A DNA stretch of 36,179 nt from a virus (lineage: Duplodnaviria; Caudoviricetes). The stretch is taken from the IMG/VR virus record IMGVR_UViG_3300033067_002335, positions 1-36,179 of that record. One strand, 5' to 3'. The notes under the pieces were generated by a model that had not been told where the DNA came from, made no database searches, and saw only the letters and a list, made by a program, of their open reading frames with translations. Positions 1-8,117 of this stretch are shown here, in pieces (position 1 is the stretch's first letter; each line of letters starts with the position of its first letter). A program made the translations under genes and the position numbers.

Positions 1-1476
1 GCCCCGCTGCCCAACTTACCGCAACCGGCACCAGCATCCGACCTGTTTGGCGATCACGTAAAAGCGCTGATTCCGAAGTCGACCAAACTCGAGTTCGGTA
101 AACAGGGTCTCGACAAACAAGCCCTCGGCGACGGTTGGCTGGGCATCCCGCAGCCAAAACCGCCAGCGGCGCCGAAACCTGCTGCACCTGCTGGTATTCC
201 GTCAGGCGGCCCGTTAGGTCACGCGCCCAGTCGCAGTAGCGTAATTACCGGCACACAACCTACGCCGGTGCCGCAATTGCCCGCCTACAAACCACCCGGA
301 GCGGCTCCGGCTTATGCCAGTGGCTTGCCGTTGCCGCTGGGCGCTGGCGGTGCGCCCGCTACCCCACCAGTTGCTGCACCAATTAGGCCCGTACAGCCTC
401 CTGTACCACCAGCCACCGCAGCCAGGCTGCAGCAACGCGCCCCGGAAACTTATCTCGGCGCTGTGGCACGACATGTTGTTGGTGGCGTAGGCGACACGGC
501 CGCCGGCGCAGTCGGCTTTTTGGGAAGCGTACCAGCACAGGCGGCCCACCACGGGATTAACCTGCTGACAGGCGGGGATCAGGGTGCCACGGCGGCAATG
601 TATGCCAAGCTGCGGTCGAACGCGCTGCAGCAGTTCCAGGCCGGCGCGGCGGATTTGGGTAGCGCCGCACAAGCGCAACCGGGACAGCCGTCGGCGGGTG
701 AGCAGGTGTGGCAGCAGCGCACGGCGGAAATTCCCGAAACAATGTGGCGGCCGTCACCGCAATTGCGGCAGGATGGGTTGAATATAGGCCTGGCAGGGCT
801 GACTGCTGGCACCCTGGGTGCCCCGGTGTGGGCGCGTACAGCCGGCCCGGTGTGGGCGCGTACAGCCGGCCCGGCGCTGGCCCGGCTTGTGGCGCCGGTT
901 GCGCAGGCTAGCGGTGGTGCTGCGCCGCTAGTGCACCGGCTGCTGTCCGGTAACTTCCTCAACTTGCCCGCTAACGCCGGCATCGGCACTGCAGCAACAG
1001 TAGGCGCATTCAACATGGTTGCTAACCGCCAGTTATCGCGTTACGGCGTGAACCCGGCGGACCAGGCGCCCAATCTCGTAGAGGCAGCCAAGCAGCAACT
1101 GGGCGAGCGCATTTCTATGCCCGTAAGCCCGGCACCGGCACCTGCATCCGCGCCCGCGCCCGTAGCTACTCCCGAGCCGGCGCCAGAGCAATCGCTGGCT
1201 AGTGTTGCGGATGCACCCCGCGCGGCCGACATGGTCGATGCCAGCGATGATGACGTGTACCAGGCACCCGGTCCGAATATTCCGGACAAGCCGCTGCCGC
1301 AACTGCCCAGCGCAAGCAAGTCCGTAGCGGAAGAGCCGTTTCCGGAGCCGTTTGATGCGCCCGCGCCAGCTGTAGGCAAGTCTGTGGCGGAAGAGCCATT
1401 CGGTGCAGCTCCGCAGCCGCAACCCCAGCTGCGGCACCGACGAGTGAGCCGCCGCAAGAGTGGTCTGCTCCGCTAG
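1..1476 (+). CDS. Pro/Ala/Gly-rich putative virion protein, 5'-truncated by the window; probably continues into 1485-2195 across a frameshift
   Basis: Frame +1 is open from base 1 (APLPNLPQPAPASDLFGD...DKQALG...) to TAG at 1474-1476, so it starts upstream of the track call at 268. Contains Gly-rich hydrophobic segments and a KxA motif. Confidence 0.7.
   Translation, partial: APLPNLPQPAPASDLFGDHVKALIPKSTKLEFGKQGLDKQALGDGWLGIPQPKPPAAPKPAAPAGIPSGGPLGHAPSRSSVITGTQPTPVPQLPAYKPPGAAPAYASGLPLPLGAGGAPATPPVAAPIRPVQPPVPPATAARLQQRAPETYLGAVARHVVGGVGDTAAGAVGFLGSVPAQAAHHGINLLTGGDQGATAAMYAKLRSNALQQFQAGAADLGSAAQAQPGQPSAGEQVWQQRTAEIPETMWRPSPQLRQDGLNIGLAGLTAGTLGAPVWARTAGPVWARTAGPALARLVAPVAQASGGAAPLVHRLLSGNFLNLPANAGIGTAATVGAFNMVANRQLSRYGVNPADQAPNLVEAAKQQLGERISMPVSPAPAPASAPAPVATPEPAPEQSLASVADAPRAADMVDASDDDVYQAPGPNIPDKPLPQLPSASKSVAEEPFPEPFDAPAPAVGKSVAEEPFGAAPQPQPQLRHRRVSRRKSGLLR
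822..874 (+). repeat. 24-bp tandem duplication (PVWARTAG x2) inside the CDS
   Basis: CCCGGTGTGGGCGCGTACAGCCGG at 822-845 and 846-869, then a partial CCCGG. Confidence 0.9.
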
Positions 1477-1484
1477 AAGCGCAA

Positions 1485-2195
1485 ATGGCGACAGCCCTGC
1501 AGAACAAAAACCCGCAGGCTGCCGTAGATGTGGCTGCGCAAGGCGTGCAGGCGGCAGCGCAAGATCCGGCAAAAGTAGAAACAGCAGTCAGTGCGGCGAC
1601 TGATCCTACACACCCCGCAGCGACCGGGCTGATTGGTCAGTTGACCGGCATGTTTGATGGCGACGGCCAGAAAGCGCAGGCGGCCTGGGACAATATGGGG
1701 ACAGGCGCCAAGTTCTTGCTGGGACTCGGTGCGGGCTTCGGGTTGGTCAGCCTGCTGCAGCAGCTGCTGGGCGATGACGATGACAGCATGATGAGCTGGC
1801 TGCTGCCGATTGTGGGCGGCGGGGCGGCTGGGCTGCTGGCTACGGGCGGGAAATTACCAGATGCGCTAAGCGGTCTAGGCGGCCTGTTTGAGCAGTCACA
1901 ACCTGAAACAGCAACACCAGGCGCGCAACCGCCGACCGACGCCGCAGCACCGCCGCCCGCGGCACTGTCGCCAGAACGGCGCCAAATGCTTGATGCTGTC
2001 CGTAACACGCCGGAATTCGGTACGTTACGGGCGGCGCACGGCGCTGCCGGCTATGTCCCGTTCGCCGGCGAGAACCTGCAGCGGAGTAGCATTCAGTACG
2101 CCGTTCCGTCTGTACAGGCGGCGGTACAGCAGCGGTTGGGCATCCAGTTAAGTGCTGCAGATGCCGAGCGGCTGCTGCAAGACGCGCTGCGGTAG
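1485..2195 (+). CDS. Gly-zipper membrane-type hypothetical protein (possibly the C-terminal part of the upstream CDS)
   Basis: 236-aa ORF with two Gly-rich hydrophobic segments (FLLGLGAGFGLVSLL; WLLPIVGGGAAGLLA). The same frame is open and protein-like upstream of the ATG. Confidence 0.7.
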   Translation: MATALQNKNPQAAVDVAAQGVQAAAQDPAKVETAVSAATDPTHPAATGLIGQLTGMFDGDGQKAQAAWDNMGTGAKFLLGLGAGFGLVSLLQQLLGDDDDSMMSWLLPIVGGGAAGLLATGGKLPDALSGLGGLFEQSQPETATPGAQPPTDAAAPPPAALSPERRQMLDAVRNTPEFGTLRAAHGAAGYVPFAGENLQRSSIQYAVPSVQAAVQQRLGIQLSAADAERLLQDALR

Positions 2196-2467
2196 TAGGC
2201 CACACACCACAGATTGCCCGAATTTGATTGACTTGCTAGCTTGGTAAATACACAGGACAGCCCTGGCGCGGGCCGGTAAGGGGGTTTACTCGAGCATGGA
2301 TGTTCAGGTAAACCACGAGAAGCAGTGGAAGCTCAGCAGCTGCTGCATGGCGGGGCGAGAGGAGCGCCGGATATAAGCTCTCGCAAGACGTGTGTTACAC
2401 GTATGGTGTGCTGGGTGGGGAATCCAGCTGGTTCTGTGGATATACAGCCCAGGAGACTTCTGCTGAC

Positions 2468-2839
2468 ATGGATAGCCAGCTGCTCGCCCCTTGGCAGATT
2501 TTTGTGTCCGCTGCGCTGCTGGGAGCGGCTGGCGGCCTTTCGACGTTACTGCGGACACGCGCAGATCTGACGCCGCGCCTGGTCGTGTCTGCTGCGCTGA
2601 CGAGCGGTTTGTGTGGTTTGACTGTTGCGTTGCTCGGCTTCAATTTTATGGCTGGCGCAGCAGACGTATGGGTGCTGTTAGGCACCTCCAGCATCGCCGG
2701 GTTGACCGGTAGCCCGACGCTGCTTTTGATGACGAATTTTGTGAAGGGTGGAGCGAGTCTCGAAGTGCGCTTCCGGACAACGGCGTCCGGAGGTAAGTCC
2801 GGCGAGACGTCCGATAAGAATGAGGAGCGTGTACCATGA
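2468..2839 (+). CDS. Putative holin (LydA-like, about 3 TM helices)
   Basis: ATG 2468 follows AGGAG at 2451-2455. Three hydrophobic helices with small-residue motifs (LLGAAGGLS; SGLCGLTVALLG; SSIAGLTGS) and a charged C-terminal tail, as in phage holins. Confidence 0.55.
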   Translation: MDSQLLAPWQIFVSAALLGAAGGLSTLLRTRADLTPRLVVSAALTSGLCGLTVALLGFNFMAGAADVWVLLGTSSIAGLTGSPTLLLMTNFVKGGASLEVRFRTTASGGKSGETSDKNEERVP

Positions 2840-3351
2840 TGAGTCGCTGGCGAGTTGCAACAGCCGATGCCCTGGTGCTGTTCATGATCATGGTCATTAT
2901 GACTGTCTTCATGCTGGAGCAGCGGCAAATGCTGCGTAGCAAAATCCAGCATGCGGCGTTGTGGGAGTCTGTGTCCAACATCACGCCCAAAGCTGTCCTC
3001 GTCGTGGACGCCCGCTCATCGCGGATCGTAGACGCGAATAAAGCTGCGGGGCGTCTGCTGGCGCCGTCCAGTCCTTCGATTGAAGGGCGCCCGCTACCGA
3101 CCGTGCTGCCGCTGCCCGCGGATATTGCGCCGACGTACGGTATAAAATCTGCCAGTTGGAAAGCTACCAGTGGTTGGGTAGACTTGCCGCAACAGTCCGC
3201 GCAGCCCGGGCAGTCTGTGTTTGTGGATATTCGCGGGACTGTTGGACCGCACGATGCGCCAGTGTATCTGATTATGCTGGAAGTTATCTCGCCAGATGTT
3301 ACTGCGACGCCTGCGCCCCTGGCAGATTTGCTGACCCTGTTGACGGACTGA
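2836..3351 (+). CDS. Membrane-anchored PAS-domain protein
   Basis: N-terminal TM (ALVLFMIMVIMTVFML), then the PAS N-terminal signature AVLVVDARSSRIVDANKAAGRLL. No kinase or other output domain. ATGA overlap with the holin-like gene. Confidence 0.6.
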   Translation: MMSRWRVATADALVLFMIMVIMTVFMLEQRQMLRSKIQHAALWESVSNITPKAVLVVDARSSRIVDANKAAGRLLAPSSPSIEGRPLPTVLPLPADIAPTYGIKSASWKATSGWVDLPQQSAQPGQSVFVDIRGTVGPHDAPVYLIMLEVISPDVTATPAPLADLLTLLTD

Positions 3352-3355
3352 CTCA

Positions 3356-4561
3356 ATGGCAAAGCCAGACCTGGAATATGTGCGCGGGTTCGAGCTGGCC
3401 GTCCAGTCGCAGGCCGTCGGTATTTATGACAAGCTGGCGAACGAACCGCCACAACTGTCATACGCGCTGACCGGCACACTGTACGCCAGCAGCACGGGCT
3501 GGGTGCTGTTAAGCGTGCCAAACGCCCTGGGCCGTGGCGCATTCGACGCGATTACAGAACCCGGCATCCAGTTACCGGTATCTGGTACATCTGGCCGCTA
3601 CGCCGCGCACATCTCGGTAATCCGGCCGGAAGAGCTGGAAGCCGCTGGGCTGACAGTGGACCAGATCACGGAGCGCGGGCATCGGTTTCCGTACACGCTG
3701 GGCCCGCTGAAAACCGTAGCTCCTGCCAACTGGGCCGGGATTTCGCGGGTCTGGTTCATCGAAGTCGTGTCGCCGGCACTGGAAAAGCTGCGCAAGAGTT
3801 ATGGTTTGACCGCGTTGCCGAAAGACAACGAGTTCAAGTTTCATATCACCGTAGCGATAAGACGAAAGGGGGTGCTGCAACCGAACGAGCTATCAAAAGC
3901 CGGGACCAGCCAGTTTTTTCGAGCTGCCAGCGAAGCTGGAACAGTGGAAAGCCCTGCGACGGGAACTCAAATCGAAAAAACGGCGGAGGGATCTTTGACA
4001 CCAGGGACCGCGACATACAACCTGCTGCCCGCCGCACTACTGGCGGTACTTGGCGGCGGATACGGGGCCTGGAAAGCGCCCGGCGGTAGCCCGCTGCGCG
4101 GCGCAATTACTGGTGGCTTGGCCGGCGCTGGTGCCGGGCTGGGCTACTCCGCGGCGGATTCATATCTGCGCTCGCCATACGGCAAGCCGTTCGAAGGCAC
4201 CACAGCTGTGCCCGCCGCTATGTTATTTGGTGCCCTGGGGCTGGGCGGTAGTGCTGGGCTACATGCTGGTCGTCGGCTGTCCAAGCACTACCAGCTGGGC
4301 GACGAGGAAAACAAGTACGAGAACGACTTGGCGGCGATTGATCCGGCGGCAATCAGTCGTAAGCTGCTGCCATCTGCGTTGCAGCCTTATGCCGTCAAAG
4401 CTGGCGCTGTTACAGATACGGGCCGCGACGCTGTCCGGACTGTACCGGCCGCACCGACTGCACCAAAGCCCCGCAAATTGAACCTGACCAGTTTGCTGAA
4501 CCTGCGTCCGCTCAGCGGCAGCCGGACAGTCCCCCTGCGGCAAGCGGTGCAAACGCCATGA
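3356..4561 (+). CDS. 2H phosphoesterase domain fused to a KxA/Gly-zipper putative virion module
   Basis: Two 2H motifs, AHISVI (His at 3608) and FHITVA (His at 3842), 78 aa apart. Followed by EKTA and Gly-zipper segments (GAITGGLAGAGAGLG). Confidence 0.7.
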   Translation: MAKPDLEYVRGFELAVQSQAVGIYDKLANEPPQLSYALTGTLYASSTGWVLLSVPNALGRGAFDAITEPGIQLPVSGTSGRYAAHISVIRPEELEAAGLTVDQITERGHRFPYTLGPLKTVAPANWAGISRVWFIEVVSPALEKLRKSYGLTALPKDNEFKFHITVAIRRKGVLQPNELSKAGTSQFFRAASEAGTVESPATGTQIEKTAEGSLTPGTATYNLLPAALLAVLGGGYGAWKAPGGSPLRGAITGGLAGAGAGLGYSAADSYLRSPYGKPFEGTTAVPAAMLFGALGLGGSAGLHAGRRLSKHYQLGDEENKYENDLAAIDPAAISRKLLPSALQPYAVKAGAVTDTGRDAVRTVPAAPTAPKPRKLNLTSLLNLRPLSGSRTVPLRQAVQTP

Positions 4562-5508
4562 TTGATGAACAAGACTGGACGGAAGTACCCAGCGCCGTGG
4601 CTGCCGTGTACTCACGAGCGGCCAAAGTTGCCGCGGACGTGCGCAGCCGGGCCACGCAGCCGTGCGTGTACTGGTGGTGCCCTGAAACCGAGGCGTTGCT
4701 GCCTGTAACGCCGGAAGAGCCGGAGCGGTACATCAAGATTGCGGCCGGTGGGCTACTAGCGGACACCCTGCAATTTGCTGGCCAACCGTTTGGCGGGCCT
4801 GTGCCACTGACCAACTCGATTGTTGGTGGCCTGCTGGGCGCTGGTGCCGGTTATGTCGGCGGCACAGTCGCTGAGCAGCTGTTGCCCGAGCAGCAGTTTG
4901 AAAAGGGGCGCTTCCGCCACACCATGGCACTGCTGGGTGGTGGCCTTGGCGCATTTCCCGGGCTGTGGCAGGGCCTCAACCGGATGCAGCAGAACGACAT
5001 CGCAGGTAAGCCGCTGGGCTTGTCCGGCTTTGTGACGCCTAACGCAGCGGTTGGCCCGCACCCGGAGCTGGATCCGCAAATCGGCAAGCAGGTGCAGGGA
5101 TCTGCTGCGCTGGAGCTACTGCCAGTACCGGTGGACGCGTTCAACCGGGCGATTTGGAACGACGTGGGCAACCCAGCAGCTGCCTCGCGCAACCCGTTCG
5201 GGACGAAAGATGCCTGGGGCGATAACACACAATCATTGCGCACACCACCGCCGGTCGCTGCCGCGGCGTCCGGGCTTGTTACAGGCGTGTCTGAAATGTT
5301 TGGCGGCCAGCAGCTCCTGACGCCGCGGCACTTTATTAACGGCCTGGCGGCAGCAGGTGTTGACGGGCTGACTGCCCGGGCTGCCGGGACAGTCCTCGGT
5401 GCGCTGGGCGGCATGCGGCCGGCCGCGCAGCAGCAGTTGCAACAAGTCGGTTTGTGGGGCGGGCTGGTGCGGGGCGTTGTGCAATCTGTTTTCGGGGGTG
5501 GGCGTTAG
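4558..5508 (+). CDS. Gly-zipper hypothetical protein (putative virion protein)
   Basis: 316-aa ORF with ATGA overlap. KVAA and KIAA motifs followed by GGLLGAGAGYVGG and LLGGGLGA. Confidence 0.7.
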   Translation: MIDEQDWTEVPSAVAAVYSRAAKVAADVRSRATQPCVYWWCPETEALLPVTPEEPERYIKIAAGGLLADTLQFAGQPFGGPVPLTNSIVGGLLGAGAGYVGGTVAEQLLPEQQFEKGRFRHTMALLGGGLGAFPGLWQGLNRMQQNDIAGKPLGLSGFVTPNAAVGPHPELDPQIGKQVQGSAALELLPVPVDAFNRAIWNDVGNPAAASRNPFGTKDAWGDNTQSLRTPPPVAAAASGLVTGVSEMFGGQQLLTPRHFINGLAAAGVDGLTARAAGTVLGALGGMRPAAQQQLQQVGLWGGLVRGVVQSVFGGGR

Positions 5509-5523
5509 AAAGGTGCGGATATT

Positions 5524-5778
5524 TTGGTTGATATCAACAAGGATGATGTGCGCTGGCGGCTGGCGATGGACAATGCAGCCCCGGTGGCTACTCGCAAGCT
5601 GAAGGACACGCTGTTTACTGCAGCGATGGAGATTGCCGGACTGTTGAGCTATGTGGAACATCCGGCAGCCGCGGCAATGGCCCGGCAAATGTTGGAGGGG
5701 TTGTATGTAACGGCAGCCATGGCAGACCAGGCGGCGCGGCAAGATTCAAAACGCCGTAGCGATAACCCGCAGGAGTAG
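5524..5778 (+). CDS. Hypothetical protein
   Basis: 84-aa ORF, TTG start after GAAAGGTG; fills the gap between + strand genes. Confidence 0.5.
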   Translation: MVDINKDDVRWRLAMDNAAPVATRKLKDTLFTAAMEIAGLLSYVEHPAAAAMARQMLEGLYVTAAMADQAARQDSKRRSDNPQE

Positions 5779-5833
5779 CCATAATAATGCGGAACAGGAC
5801 TATCACACCGCCACAGCCATGGAGGGCTTGCCC

Positions 5834-6154
5834 GTGTTTAACCTTTTCAGCATTTTCCGCCGTAAAACAACCACCACTGACACGCCTGCCGACCCGACGT
5901 TCCCGGCAGTGCCCACCCCGGTTGTGCCGGAACCGTCGCCACGCGGCCAGCTTAACATCAGCGACTGGAAGTCGCTCAGCGCCGACGGTCTCACTATTTT
6001 CGTTCCGCTGATCCTGGACTACCTGTACAAGGCTGTGGCCGCCACGCCGAACACGCCTGACAATGCGCTGTCGTTGGGTGTGCTGTACCTGGTGATTTTC
6101 GGGCTGCGCCGCCTGTTTGCAGGACCGAAAGTCCCGCCGACGCCGCCTGCGTAG
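5834..6154 (+). CDS. Small membrane protein (holin-like, 2 TM)
   Basis: GTG 5834 after GGAGG at 5821-5825 (alternative ATG 5819). Two hydrophobic stretches and a basic C-terminus. Confidence 0.5.
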   Translation: MFNLFSIFRRKTTTTDTPADPTFPAVPTPVVPEPSPRGQLNISDWKSLSADGLTIFVPLILDYLYKAVAATPNTPDNALSLGVLYLVIFGLRRLFAGPKVPPTPPA

Positions 6155-6160
6155 TTTCTA

Positions 6161-6625
6161 TTGCCAAAGGATGCTGCTGTGAAAGCTTTCGCTGCTGTGC
6201 TGGGCGTTGTCGGTGTAGGACTGGTGCTGTACGGCGTGAGCGCAACTGGCGCAACGCCTGAAACCGAGCGCACAGCCGAGTGGTGGCTGAAAGTTTGCAG
6301 CGTCATCGGGGTCGGAGCTGTGAGCTGCGCGGGCGCGGGTTTAATGGCCTGGCCGTCTGTGCTGCAGCAGCTCCGATCCCGAACGACGACACCGCGACCT
6401 GACAACTACCCGAATAAAAACGAGCTGCGGCTGAGTAACACCGGGCTCGTGTCGTTGCGCGACGTGGAAATTCTGGCAGAGCTGGCTGAGCGCTACCGCG
6501 ATAGCGCCCCGATTGTGGCGGCAGTGATTGCACTGCAGCACATGGTGTTTGAACACCGTTTTCAAGTGGAAGGACCGTCGAATGTCGACGTTGGCGTGCC
6601 GAGCAAACCATCTGCCGAAAAATAG
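6161..6625 (+). CDS. Membrane protein, 2 TM
   Basis: Hydrophobic segments FAAVLGVVGVGLVLYGV and VCSVIGVGAVSCAGAGLMAW. Exact start uncertain. Confidence 0.55.
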   Translation: MPKDAAVKAFAAVLGVVGVGLVLYGVSATGATPETERTAEWWLKVCSVIGVGAVSCAGAGLMAWPSVLQQLRSRTTTPRPDNYPNKNELRLSNTGLVSLRDVEILAELAERYRDSAPIVAAVIALQHMVFEHRFQVEGPSNVDVGVPSKPSAEK

Positions 6626-7154
6626 TCTGCTCTGGGCTGCCCTGGGCAGCCTGTTGCTGTTTACCGCGGGTTGCGATCCGCTGCATATCGTGGCTAAGCC
6701 GAGTGACGGCGGTACGGTGAAGCCCGTTAAGCCAGCCCAACCGGCCACTGACCTACCCACCCCGCCGATCCCGGCGGTAGCGGATCGCGTGGCCACCTAT
6801 TGGGCCGGACATACCGATGTTCCAGTCGACAACCTGGCGCGCTATTACGGCGCGCTGTGGGCGGCCGGTGATGCGCTGGAGCATGACGGCAAGCAGACTG
6901 GCGACGAGCAGTACTTCAAATCCCTGCGGGACGTCAAACTGTACCACACGCAGTTACTGCTGCGACTGGAGCTGCCGACCGCGAGCCCGTTTGCCCAGGA
7001 ACTGGCTAGCGTGTTCGACGCGGTAGAGAAAACAGAATCGGCCAAGCTGGCAGAAAACAACTTGCGCCAGCAACTCGTCGATACGTACCGCTCGGCTGCT
7101 ATCGGTTGTGGTCGGGCGGCGATTGCTCGTGGCGTGAATCAGCAGACCAACTAA
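6582..7154 (+). CDS. Putative lipoprotein
   Basis: ATG 6582 after GAAGGA. Signal peptide LLWAALGSLLLFTAG-C with lipobox, followed by a Pro-rich linker. Overlaps the end of the upstream gene. Confidence 0.6.
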   Translation: MSTLACRANHLPKNSLLWAALGSLLLFTAGCDPLHIVAKPSDGGTVKPVKPAQPATDLPTPPIPAVADRVATYWAGHTDVPVDNLARYYGALWAAGDALEHDGKQTGDEQYFKSLRDVKLYHTQLLLRLELPTASPFAQELASVFDAVEKTESAKLAENNLRQQLVDTYRSAAIGCGRAAIARGVNQQTN

Positions 7155-7163
7155 GGAGCGGCC

Positions 7164-8087
7164 ATGTCGTCTGTTTTTCAGCCGCAATTCGGTTGGCCTG
7201 GCAAAAAGCTGGCGGACGCTGCGTTTGCCGCGATGGCAGACCAGTTCGTTAAGTTCGAAGTACCGTACGGCGCAGGGCCACCAGCCCGCGGCGGGCGGTA
7301 CTTTCTGCATACCCGCGTCCGCAAAGCGCTGGCCAAGTACTACCCGCGCAAGTACGACCGCCACGACATCCGCCGGTATCCGCAAGCGACCGGCGACTGT
7401 GTAGCGGCATCCGCCCGGACCGCGGTCGCCACGGTCATCGCGCTGAATATGTTTCACGGCGATGCGGGCGAGTTTGTTGATCCGTACATTCCGTATTTCT
7501 ACTCGACGAGCCGCTGCCTGATCGGAAATTACGGGCTGCGCGGTCGCCAGGGCTCTTACGGCTCGTGGTTGGCGAAAGCGACCGAGCGGTATGGGGTTTT
7601 GCCAGACACCACCCCGGGCTTGCCGACGTACAACCGGCAGACGGCCGACTACTGGGGCGACCACCCGCCGGACGGCAAGTTCCTGCAGGCCGGCCAGACG
7701 CACCCGATCAAGCAAACCGCGCCGATTCACAGCTGGGATGACCTGGTGCAGGCAATCGCCAACGACTGCCCGTGCACACTGGCATCTGAGCAAGGTTTCG
7801 AGATGCTGCCGCGCAGCGACGGGTTCCACGTTCCGTCGGGCGTCTGGCCGCACCAAATGGCAGTGACCGGTGTCGACGATGATAGCCGGTCCGCTTATGC
7901 GCTGATTGATAATAACTGGGGCGACGTGCACGGGCAGCTGGTGGACTTTGTGACGGGCGAACTCTGGCCGCGCGGTACGATGCGCGTGCGCCGCGAGACG
8001 GTCGAGCACATGATTCAGACCGGCGAATGTATTGCCTACAGCCGCTTGGAAGCGTTTACCCCGACACCGGTCAGCTGGACCGGCTGA
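7164..8087 (+). CDS. Papain-like cysteine peptidase (C1 family)
   Basis: Catalytic motifs QATGDCVA (Gln/Cys), WPHQMAVTG (His) and LIDNNWG (Asn-x-W-G) in papain order. RBS AAGGAG upstream. Confidence 0.8.
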   Translation: MSSVFQPQFGWPGKKLADAAFAAMADQFVKFEVPYGAGPPARGGRYFLHTRVRKALAKYYPRKYDRHDIRRYPQATGDCVAASARTAVATVIALNMFHGDAGEFVDPYIPYFYSTSRCLIGNYGLRGRQGSYGSWLAKATERYGVLPDTTPGLPTYNRQTADYWGDHPPDGKFLQAGQTHPIKQTAPIHSWDDLVQAIANDCPCTLASEQGFEMLPRSDGFHVPSGVWPHQMAVTGVDDDSRSAYALIDNNWGDVHGQLVDFVTGELWPRGTMRVRRETVEHMIQTGECIAYSRLEAFTPTPVSWTG

Positions 8088-8117
8088 TATCAACCACTCT
8101 ACGCAAAGGATTGCGTT

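Noticed and set aside
1315-1401. KSVAEEPF peptide repeat as a separate element
   Set aside because: A short degenerate intragenic duplication in a low-complexity linker; no further significance evident.
2196-2467. tRNA gene or Rho-independent terminator in the intergenic gap
   Set aside because: No cloverleaf or TTC T-loop pattern, and no hairpin followed by a U-tract.
6954-8093. 379-aa minus-strand ORF
   Set aside because: Lies opposite the C1 peptidase, which has intact catalytic motifs; Arg/Val-rich shadow composition.
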